From: Ostrea edulis
Lineage: Eukaryota
Direction of reading: 5' to 3'
DNA: 64,000 bases
Assembly (NCBI RefSeq): GCF_947568905.1
Contig: NC_079171.1
Span: forward strand, 10,230,001-10,294,000
The notes under the pieces are model-generated. The model made no database searches. It was not told the origin of the DNA and worked only from the letters and a program-made list of their open reading frames with translations. A program made the translations under genes and the position numbers. Of the stretch, positions 37,539 through 48,310 are shown one piece after another (the first letter of the stretch is position 1; every line of letters starts with the position of its first letter).

Positions 37539-40500
37539 TTAAATTGGCGAAGGATGGGTGTGCAGTCGGACGGGCACGTGGGTGAGCAAGCGGGCGACGT
37601 CCACACTTAGCTTGTCCGGTCTGTAACTTTGATACTTTTTGATGCATCTTTGTGAGACTTACATAACATGATGACATCCAAGCGAGGTAGGCTCCTACTT
37701 ATTTTAAGGTCAAAAGGTAAAAGCTCAAGGTCACTTTGTCACTAAATGCCATATATTTGAGCTTGTCTTGTCTCTAATTTTCATACTACTTGGTGTGTCT
37801 TCGTCAGACTTGCATATTTTGATCATATCCAAAAGAGGAAGGTTCCTATTTATTTTGAGGTCAAAAGGTCAAAGGTCAAGGTATCTTTTTCTCTATATAC
37901 TGTAGATTTGAGCTTGCCTCTAACCTTTACACATGTACTTGCTGGTGAATATTTAACATACTTCAAATCCTGATGGTATTCAAGATTAATGTTGCTTTTG
38001 GAATCCAAAGGTCAAGGTCATTATCACATTAGATACCTATTGCGGCCATTCGGAGCTTCAAATTTATAAACTATATTAAATAAGTAGATGTTTTTACTTC
38101 GTGAATGCAAGCGTGCATAATTTTCCAAAATGCAACTCGGCCATACGCATCAGTGATTCGTTTTAGCTATTTTTTTCTCTCCATTAATTACGGATATAGA
38201 TATTACCCTGATATTTAGTCAAAGGCTTCCCCCAAGAGAAATATCAGTTCAGTTTGCAGTGCAGCTGGATTGATCCATCCTTGACGTACTTTTGAAACTA
38301 AAAATAGATCAAACAGTTTCCCGGGCTTTTTTTCATTACGGAGACATTTAGTCATTGGCTTCCCTTTTGAGGAGAATAAGTTCAGTTTGCATTTCAGCAG
38401 GATTGGTCCATCCTTGATCTACTTTTGGACATAAAATAGGTCAAACAGTTTCCAGGTTTTTTTTTCCAAACGGATATGAATATTGCCCTGATAGCTAGTC
38501 AAAGGCTTCCTTCCAGCGGAATACAGTTTCAGTTTGCTTTTCAGCTTGATTGGTCCATCATTGACCTACTTTTGGACTAATAATAGGTCAGACAGTTTTC
38601 CAGGCTTTTTTATAATGGATACAGATATTTTCCTGATATTTGTTCATCAAACATTTCGACTTAAATGGCCTACTTAAGGGCTAAATGTAGATCAAATGGT
38701 TTCCTGTACTTTTTATTATCATAGATATTGTACCAACATTTTGTTCCAACCTCACCCCGGGGGAAGTACATAATCAGTTCACATGTCAGATGGATTGGTG
38801 CACAATGACCCACTTTAAGGTTTTTCTATTCAGAATGTGTATTGTATCAATTCAGAGTGCACACTATGCTTTCAGGTTCAATTTCACCGTACGACAGGAG
38901 TATATTGTACCGTTTGCGGTACCCTTGTCCACATTAAAAATGGGTGACAATAGTAACTTCAATGATTATTCTGTAAGATAGTTAATGAATATTCTGTGTT
39001 TTGTGGGAAGAATTCGAGATAAACTCAAAAATCAGTTACAAGGTTGGGGCCTTTTTCTCAGGAAGTAGTGAAAAAAAGCTGTTTTATGGTCAAAGGAGTG
39101 TCGCCCTAGAAAACACCTGATACTGAGATTGCCATATTTGTTCTACGTATGTTCTCTCTGTCATAAATATTGCAGAATGCAAACTCATTTTTTGGTTCGG
39201 GAATAACTGTTACTGCTACGATTTTTATACGCGTGTCAAAGGCAATACATACTTAAACAATAAAATGCTTTCTTTGTTGTTTCATCGTGTGATAAAGGTA
39301 CATGTACCTAGCATTGCAGGAAAAAAAATCATAACCACAATGCATTATAGTATTGCTTAATAGAAAAATCATATAGACAGAATACAGACCAAATCATTTG
39401 GACTTGGTCCATCAAACTTGGTATACATACTCCTGATGCCAATTGGAGGACACATTTTATTGTTCAAGGTCAATCTCTTAGTATCACCTAATATGAAAAC
39501 CTTGTAGGCAGCATACAGACCGAACCGATGCCACTAGACCGTTAGACTTGGTTATATGTCAAGTGGAGAATATATTCTAATTGTCAAGGTCAAAGCGCAA
39601 GGTTGTAATATCACTTAGTAGAAAAACCTTGTTTGCGTTTTCCGATTTCCCCCCGTTATGAATACAGGTCGTTCCTAAAATTCCGATGGACCTCCCTCTC
39701 AGAAAAATACATAATCATTTCACCTTACTAGTAATGTCACGCGTATTTAGATCTAATGTTGGTATATGTGGTAAACTGGGTCTAGCGAAATGGGTCTCTT
39801 GTAACGTCTTTCAAATCACATAATGCATGACATTTTATGATTTACAATTAATAACACAATCATTAGAACTCAGGCGCACTTCTAAAGAATTGTATGCTGC
39901 ACAACTGGTTCAAACTTCTACATGCAGTAGACAAAAAATTTCATTGTCCATATTAAAATTTCTTTCGGTGTAGGATCTATAATCGATTGATCACTTTCCT
40001 TATTCCATGAAAACTTCAGATAATCCAGACAGAGATGCGGATATCACAAAAGCTTCAAGTTATGAGTAGGTTCAGGAATCTGGCACATAGCTGGAAATCA
40101 GTGAAGTGTCCGAAACTGAAGAAGACAGCGGGGAACTGAAGTCTAAGGTTAGCAGTGAGGAATTTGATCCTGATGACGAGGACACTGCTGAAGCAGGAAC
40201 CACTGAAGATAATGGTGTAGAGGAAAACGGCGATGATCAAAATTTAGAGGAGACCAGTGAGAATAAAGATGGATAAGGTGTTTGGGTAATTACAGTGAAA
40301 TAATACAGATGTGTTTTATGAAAAGAACTAGGTCCAATAAGTGTCATTTCTGGTCCTGCAATCAAAGTATAGTTAATGTCACCTGAGTGTATTTCTCCTT
40401 TAGAATTTCACATAATGAAGTTCGTGACTTTTTGTGGTTGGAGTGGATGGGGTAGGGTGGAAATGCTATTTTGTTAAATAAAAACACACATGTGATAGTT

Positions 40501-41297
40501 TGACCATGTTTTGAACATGTCAGCATTAGAAGCATGAATAAAGGAATTAGCTGTGACTTTAATTTTAACTTGTTGAGATAATGTTTGTTTTCGGTGATGT
40601 GTAACACTTTTTTCAATGTGTTTTAGGGGAAGTGTTGTTTCTTGAATAAAAAAAGACGTGTGGTAGTTTTTCCATGTTTTTTAAATGTCAATATTACTAT
40701 CATCAACAAGGAGATTGTTGTGACATTGATGTTAACCATTCACCGACAACTTCTCACCACATCACCTTCCACTCTCCACCTGTGTTTCCAGACAAAATTT
40801 CTGATGAACTATCAAAGAAAATGATCTCCTATCATCAACTAAAATGGCAAAAGCGTTGGACTTTAACATTGCTATATATTACGGACAAGGAGACTATTTC
40901 TGTTTGAAATTTAATTCTAAGTTGAGTGAATCCTTTTGGGGGCGTGAATCAGATTCCACAAACGTAATTGTCTCTGGTGTATGTTGATAAGAACAAGCTA
41001 AATATCGACTCCACTGTGCAACAATGGTGTTGTGAAAAGAATATTATTTTGTACCAGAATTTGTATAGACATTACGTTTAATTGACTTGGTTGAAGACCT
41101 AAACCTAATTATAAATTTGCCTTTTTCCCTGGTCTAGTGTCTACTCGAATAGTAGTTGATTTCAAACCTTTCCAATCCTGGTTCCCAAATTTTCCTTTTT
41201 ACCATAATCTACATAATGAATTTTGAATATTGTTGTAGCACAGTAATTTTTGCAACCGTGTTTGAGGGCGAAGCACAACATGGCATTAGTATCTAGA

Positions 41298-41766
41298 TCG
41301 ATAACAGGACAAAAAATATCCCGAAATATTAGCACCTAACGTGTGAGGACAGAGCTCAATCAAAGTATTCTGACTTTAGACATTTTGATCCGCCTATTCA
41401 TTAGACGCGGGAAACGCTATACAACTGATGTGAACAGTGCATTGTGACGTCATATTCAGCGTCGGTGTTTAGCAAATACACAAACATACATCTGAAAATA
41501 AGATCTACATGCTTTTACGGATTTCATGTAACATCTTAGTACGACGTAAACTTCGGTACACAAGATTCAAAATGGAAAAATACATGTCCACACGATAGTA
41601 TTGGAATCGACGCCATTGGGACCAAAATTTTCAAGTTCCATAAGTATGGTTGAATTTTTCATTAGTTTTCTATATTTTCCTTTTAAACATGTATATACGT
41701 GTTACCTATAGGTAGAGCTCCACTCTCACGGCCCTACGGGCCGTGAGAGGGCTTCTAGAATGCTAG
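41298..41766 (+). mobile_element. Putative small non-autonomous Helitron
   Basis: A|TC start and a perfect 12-bp GC hairpin CTCTCACGGCCC-TAC-GGGCCGTGAGAG (41723-41749), with CTAG|T 13 nt downstream. Confidence 0.5.
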
Positions 41767-42380
41767 TTTATATTACTACATTAAGTTTGATGATTGTATC
41801 GAAGTTTTGTATAGTACCGCATTTAGTTTGATGATTGTATCAGACATTTTTATAGTACTACATTTAGTTTGATGTTTTTATCAGAAGTTTTGATACACTT
41901 AGATCTCCGGTTTCTTGTAAAGCTGTTATTTAACATTGCATTGTTCAACGAATGTTATGCTAGAATATAATATTATCACATAAAAATGAATCTTATTTGA
42001 ATTTATTTTGTCACTGTTGGCAGAAAAGCAATGCGTCTCTGCTGTCTAACAAACGATTTATTCTCCTAAAGAGTCTTTAGCAAATACTTTAACTGTTAGA
42101 TGCGGTTGTTAATGTGTAAAGCCCTCTTAACCGGAAAGTATCATTAACGCAGCAATACTTTCCCGTTAAGAATACTTTATGATAACGATCTTAAAATCTT
42201 TCATTTAAATATATTGTTCTACACTCTTTATAGATAGCTATACAACATATTAAAAATGATACGGTGTGTGGTAAAGAATTCAAATGTTGATTTTACGTAA
42301 GGCCAAAACCCATTATATTAAGTAGTTTTTTCGGGCCAAACTTTTCCAATGTTGATGAGGCAAGCAGGTATTTTATTTTT

Positions 42381-43200
42381 TATTGGGTCACCTGAGTTTA
42401 CTCAGATGACCTATTGGAATTGGTTGCCATCTGTCGTTTTGCGATATGCGTCGTGCGTTAACAATTGAACACTTTTAACTTTTTCCATAGCAACTAATCC
42501 AATTCTTTTCAAATTTGGGACAAGTGGGACATAGCTTGTAAATTTCAGAACTCCATCACCCCTGGGACCGTAGGGGTTAGGCAAAAACCGCCCAAAACTG
42601 ACCAATTTTCAAATATCTTATAAAGAACAACAAACATGTCAGAAAAACTAAATGCATAGTGATGCAGAGCAGGAAGCTCTGTTGTAAATTGTAAATTTCA
42701 TGATCCCAGGAGTAAGGCTCTAACCCCAGGTTGGGGGCAGACCTGTTATATATTGTTTATGTGCAAAACACTTAATATACCTATTTTTGTGTGTGTGTGT
42801 TAATGATAGGAAATTGAAGCAAAATGGATATTTAGAAAGAATAGGTTGTCATTTACTAGATTTGTAAATTTGTTGATCCCAGGGGTAGGGGTTTTGGTAT
42901 CAGGGTGGGACCAAACAGGTAAGTTATTAAATATGTGAAGAATAGAGATTTCAGCTCACCTGAGTCGAAGGCTTAAGTGAGCTTTTCTGAATAAATTTTG
43001 TCCGTTGTCTGTCATCGTCATTGTAAACTTTTCACAACTTCATATTCTCCTCCAGAACCACAGGGCAAATTTCAACCAACCTTGGTACAAAGGAACCTTG
43101 GGTGAAGGGCTTTCAAGTTTATTCAAAGGAAGGCCCTATTCAAAGTGGAAATACTCACAAAAATGCAAAAACTGAGGTAGTTCATACCAATTGTTAGACT
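42381..43200 (+). mobile_element. Two adjacent truncated HINE-type 5' portions
   Basis: gggtcacctgagtttactcagatgacc at about 42386 and ttcagctcacctgagtcgaaggcttaagtgagc at about 42950. Confidence 0.6.
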
Positions 43201-43268
43201 AGTATTTACACTACGGGTTACAAAGTTTACCTGATTAAGATATAGGGATTACGATTTGTGTGGTTGAT

Positions 43269-44558
43269 GGGTACCTGTACAGTGCGAAACGAAATCGAAA
43301 CGAAGCGAAATCTACCAAAACGAAATCCACCGAAACGAAACGAAACCCAACGAAACAAAACAGATTGTATAACCGGACTATTCTAATCATAATGATCGAA
43401 AATGGTATCTCAAACATCTTTGAAAGTTGCTGCATATAGATAAAATTCGCTTCTCTGATTTAGGCTTTCGGCTTGAATGATACAAATGGTTTTAAAAGTT
43501 GGAAAGGGGTGAGTGAGTAAGCACGAAATACATCTCCTAAGTTTATGAAATACCATGTGCAATTAGTTTCGCTTCCACTCTCAGATATCTGGGGAAACAC
43601 ACTAAACAGAGGTGGGGCGCTGGCGTTGAATCCGCCTTTGGGCATAAAGACATTGTTTGAAGAAGCTGTTGTCTGAGAAGGAGCTCTCAACCTCTCAATT
43701 TATATATAATGGTGAGGTGCGAGTACTTTCAAAACTGGAAAAAAATCAATAATATACCACATTGCATTAATGCAATTCGGCAAGATACATATAGGGCTCA
43801 TGGCGGATGTGACCGGTCAACAGGGGATACTTACTCCTACAAGGCCCCTGATTCCACTACTGGTGTGTCCAGGGGTCCGTGTTTGCCCAACTATCTATTT
43901 TGTATTGCTTATAGGAGTTATGAGATTGATCACTGTTCGTTATCTTCACCTTGCATACATGCGTTATCAAAACTTATTATTGATATGTACTAAGTCTATA
44001 TATAATTCTATGTCAGCATTTTGTAAAATCAAAAGGCTCATGAACAAGGGAAGCAGAAATTACAAGAAGAACGGGAAGACATACTCAGAATCCACCGATT
44101 TGATATACTACATACAAATACACAATATCCACATGTATACATAGATTTGCCTTTAGAGCAAAACTACTGAACATGTATTTATGCCCTAAGGCGGATCCTA
44201 CGCTTGTATAATGTGTTTCCCCAGACCTCTGAGCCTGTAATCCTTCGTTCTGAAATTCGTGGATCCCAAACTAATTGTCCATGGTTATTAATCAACACCT
44301 GATATGTGCTTTGTGCTTACTAACCACCCCACCACACCCCCTTTCCAACGGTTAAAACTTTGTATCAGTCAAGCTGAAAGCCTACATGAAATGGGAGGCG
44401 AATTATATTTATATGCGGTGACTTTCACAGATACCATTTTTAATTATTATAATTAAATACAATATGGTTCGTTTCGTTTCGGTAGGTTTCGTTTCGGTGG
44501 GTTTCGTTCCGTTTCGGTAGATTTCGTTTCGATTTCGTTTTGCACTTTACAGGTACCC
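43269..44558. mobile_element. Non-autonomous long-TIR element with 9-bp TSD (Mutator-like)
   Basis: ~90-bp TIRs GGGTACCTGTA(C/A)AGTGC plus (GAAAC)n. Flanks are GTGGTTGAT and GTGGCTGAT. Confidence 0.8.
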
Positions 44559-44780
44559 GTGGCTGATGCATCTTCCCCGTTCTAATTCTAGTGTTATTTA
44601 TAAAACGGGAATTTCCACACAAACATTGTAAACGAAATACATTCGTTTGATGTTACCAAGATAAACACAACCAATGATATGAATAAAACACAAATCAATT
44701 AAAATAAACATCACACATAAGGCTAGTGATGAGGTGGCAGATTGGGCAACTCGATGACGTAGTACACTGACTGGTAGAAA

Positions 44781-44949
44781 TAGACATAGGGCTCACGGCG
44801 GGTGTGACCGGTCAACAGGGGATGCTTGCTCCTCCTAGGCACCTGATCCCACCTCTGGTGTGTCCAGGGGTCCGTGTTTGCCCAAGTATCTATTTGTATT
44901 GGTTGTGGAAGTTCTGAGATTGATCACTGTTCCTTATCTTCACCTTGCA
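44781..44949 (+). repeat. Solo 3' tail of the Penelope-like element (best-preserved copy)
   Basis: cacggcgggtgtgaccggtcaacaggggatgctt...cttcaccttgcat matches the tail at 46452-46620 (rc). Other copies lie near 1195-1335, 1908-2011, 2146-2279(-), 23413-23549, 33980-34027, 43783-43955, 45529-45616(-) and 49015-49070. Confidence 0.85.
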
Positions 44950-46139
44950 TTATAAGCACGAGTCCCCGGCAACATAACGGGGCAAGCAGCGACTTTTGAT
45001 CTGCTACATATTAATGGAATTGAACTGCGTTAGATGGGGCTCAATCAACGAGGGGATTTAGGTGATTTTACTTGATGTTGAAATGGAGCCGAATCGCATT
45101 CTACCTTTCCTACGACACAACCAGTGTTCAACGTCTCCTCGAACGCAATGCAGCATACATCTAGTCACAACTTCTTCTCTTCCGCCATATCCAATTCAGC
45201 TTTGAACAATTGCACTTTTCATTGGGCGTATAATCCATTCCACAGTAACTTTTTTCATGAATGCACTACGCGTATTTATGAAATGTTCCGTCCAATGTCT
45301 CATTTGATACATGCATCAAATAAAGAACTATAAGTTTCATTTCTTAAATCCTGGCTCCATATCTAAGCTTATTTAGAGTTTGTGATTTTATTTCTCACAA
45401 TGGCTGGTAGTAAAAGTGAAAGTCACAATTCATTCCAATAGGCACTCGATAACTGTGAATATGTCCTCCGTATGATCAATTTTCAAAATGAGACAGGGTA
45501 CTAAATGATGCTAATGTTACAGTGGTTTCAAAAGTGAAAGGCGAAGATAACGAACAGAGATCAATATCATAACTGCTATAAGCAATACCAAATAGATAGT
45601 TGGGCAAACATGGACCAATAGGTCATATCTCTGTTGTCAATCTGTCAATGTAAAAATAACCTGATTTTAGGTGATATAAAGACATTTAATACAACACACA
45701 TATGTCAATCCCTCGACTGTATTCATCCACTCCAGAATATGACACGGTTTAGTTAATAAGTATATAAGTTGAAGTCCCTCCCCCAGGCCCCGACTTCTCG
45801 GGTCCATATTAATGAACAATCACGTGTACCTGTCCCCGTCAAAGGTAGACCTCTTAATATTAGTCTTACGGTATTTTTGTGGCGTTTGGTATCATATCAA
45901 TGGCGGGTCTAAAGGGGGGGTTACGAGGAGGAACAACCCTTCTCCTCCGTTGAAAATTCTTAACAAAATCGTCATTTTTAACCATTTTGGGATCTTCAAC
46001 ATCACTCACCCCCTTCTTTTTTAGGAAAGGGGAGGAAGGGCGGAGAGAGCAATATCCTTGATTGTAAAATCCCTTTTGCATTCTTTAGAACCGTCACTAC
46101 AGAATGATAGTCTATGTAGACATGTAGTATAATGGTCCT

Positions 46140-46425
46140 ACCGCAACAATGACTGTACCCGCGAGACACAATAATGGCTGTATACACAACAATGACTGTA
46201 CCAGTGAGTACACAACAATGGGTGTACCAGCACGTGTACACTAAAGGATGCACCAGTACGTGCACAACAATGGCTGTACCAACGCGTACATAGCAATAGA
46301 TGTACCAGCGCGTACACAACAATGACAACACCAGCGCGTGCACAACAATGGCTCTACCAGCGAATATACGACAATGACTGTACCAGCGAGTACACAAAAA
46401 TATGACTGTACCAGCGAGTACAAAA
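46140..46425 (+). repeat. 26-bp minisatellite (GTACACAACAATGACTGTACCAGCGA); paralogous array at about 855-1030
   Basis: About 10 visible units; source of the low-complexity ORF 46002-46397. Confidence 0.85.
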
Positions 46426-46451
46426 CAACGGAATCAAGACACAGCAGTTGT

Positions 46452-47725
46452 ATGAAAGGTGAAGATAACGAACAGTGATCAATCTTATAACTCCTACAAG
46501 TAAAACGAAAAATATAGTTGGGCAAACACGGACCCCTGGACACACCAGAGGTGGGTTCAAGTGCCTAGGAGGAGTAAGCATCCCATGTCGACCGGTCGCA
46601 CCCGCCGTGAGCCCTATATCCTGTTCAGGTAAACGGAGTTATCCGCAGTCAAAATCAGTGTGCCAAGAACGGCTTCACAATCGGTATGAAACACGTCAGA
46701 CAGCATTTGACCCAATGATAGGTTCTATTGACGAACTATATCGTTATAACGACCATATAATTTGCGAAATGCTGACTTCAATCGAGACTGTTGAAACCTC
46801 TGTACCATCCACCTGTTTGTCAGTAGCTTACCTCGATTTAAAAACTGACTGTACGCAGAAGAAGCCCTTGTATATCGAATCAGTTGAGACATTTAAACAA
46901 TATATGCAGGTGATAATGGGATATTGCTACATAAATATGTGAAGTTGACGATGGAGAAGCTGAAATCACCCCGTTTGTAATACAGTTGAGTTGTCAATTT
47001 GCCGTTAATGTCTATTTTCAATGAAATATCTAAGTATGAAGACGAAGTGGGCGACTCAGTGGTGTCCTTTATTTCGAGCTCACAGGGATATATCAAATCG
47101 ACATTTGAATGATAGTTATTATTGTTAATAGACAAAACGTCATCGATATATCGAAATGTCGAATTGAAGGCCACAGCGAGAGATTTATTCTTCTCACGTA
47201 GAAGTTTTTGAATAAAGTCTCCTTCATATGAATATAGAAACAGGTCAGCTAATAAAGGAGCACAATTCGTGCCCATGGGAATTCCAACAGACTGTTGGAA
47301 GACCTGATCACAAAAGACAACGAAGATACTGTCAATGAGGAACTCTAGCATATATTTTATTTCAACATCGGAGCATGTGTGCATGGAATCAGAGTGGTAT
47401 TTAATAAAGTAAGTTTTTGAATGACTGATCACTAGATATGAATATTTCCGTTTTCCATTTTTGTTGAAGAAGCAACTGTCTATGATATCAACAAGTTTAG
47501 TCTTTAATTTATCATGAGGAATGGTCGTGTATAGTGTTGAAAAGTGATATGTTTTGATGTTATTGATTTGGGAAAAATTCTGCGATTTCAAGTTTACTAA
47601 AGTTCGTCAGAAGTTTTTAGAATCCAAATTTGATTAAAGCCACTTCGGGCATATATAGTCGCACAGTAAGTTTGAAATTTCTCCTTCACAGCTGTTAATA
47701 TTTTCGTGAGGAGCAAAGATATGGG
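46452..47725 (-). mobile_element. 5'-truncated Penelope-like retroelement (Naiad-like, RT at C-terminus) with complete 3' tail
   Basis: ORF 46893-47591 has QQSVGIPMGTNCAPLLADLFLYSYE and FRYIDDVLS. The frame continues past a stop as SQLIRY...FRKLYGRY...VFHTDC, followed by the ~170-nt tail ending TTATCTTCACCTTTCAT. Confidence 0.85.
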
Positions 47726-48052
47726 ATATATGTATACATCCCGTACCGATCCGAATCAGGTGTCATACGCATCATATTGAATTTTGTTAAATCTTTGCGC
47801 AATACGACAATGATACACTTGGATTTATAAAAGTAGTATCAGATATGATAAGCACACCTTTCTTGAAAAACACAACAAACTATATTTTTCTGATTATCAA
47901 AGTGGATAATCCCACTCACGTAATTTATATCATAAAATTGGGACAGTAAATATAATACTCATTGCATCTAAATTTACTTCTTGAAATTAATATCTAAAAT
48001 GTATGCTGTAGTTCATTCAACATTAGCATATATAAACATTACTATTCCAGAG

Positions 48053-48310
48053 TCCCGTGAGTATCCTGGTTAGAATATATCCTCAGTATCCCCCTGGTTG
48101 TCGTAAGAGGCGACTAAATGAGGCAGTCCTTCGGATGAGACCGCAAAAACCGAGATCCCGTGTCACAGCAGGTGTAGGAAGATATAGATCCCTTCCTGCT
48201 CAATGGGCATAAACGCCGAGAATAGGCCTAAAGTTTGCAACTCTTCACCGGTAGTGGTGAGTGAAATATTCTCGAGAGAGACGTTAAACAATATTCAATC
48301 AATCAATCAA
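48053..48310 (+). mobile_element. SINE-like element with a non-tRNA structured head and the same 3' body/(CAAT)n tail as the 55006 SINE
   Basis: Head ...TCCTCAGTATCCCC...GTCGTAAGAGGCGACTAAATG; body CCCGTGTCACAGCAGGTGT...CTGCTCAATGG...TAGGCCT...GACGTT. Confidence 0.75.

Larger units (their letters stand above)
33955..38930 (+). mobile_element. ~147-bp-satellite HINE-like element interrupted by nested insertions at 35340-38170
   Basis: Same head, array and 3' end (tagtaccg..gcggtaccc) as 17691-19137. Arrays at 34100-35340 and 38170-38640. Confidence 0.72.

Noticed and set aside
43709-44144. ORFs of the LTPPRHLIPLLVCPGVRVCP type, also at 1184, 2048, 10215 and 46241-46581
   Set aside because: Recurrent translations of the non-coding retroelement tail lying downstream of the RT stop.
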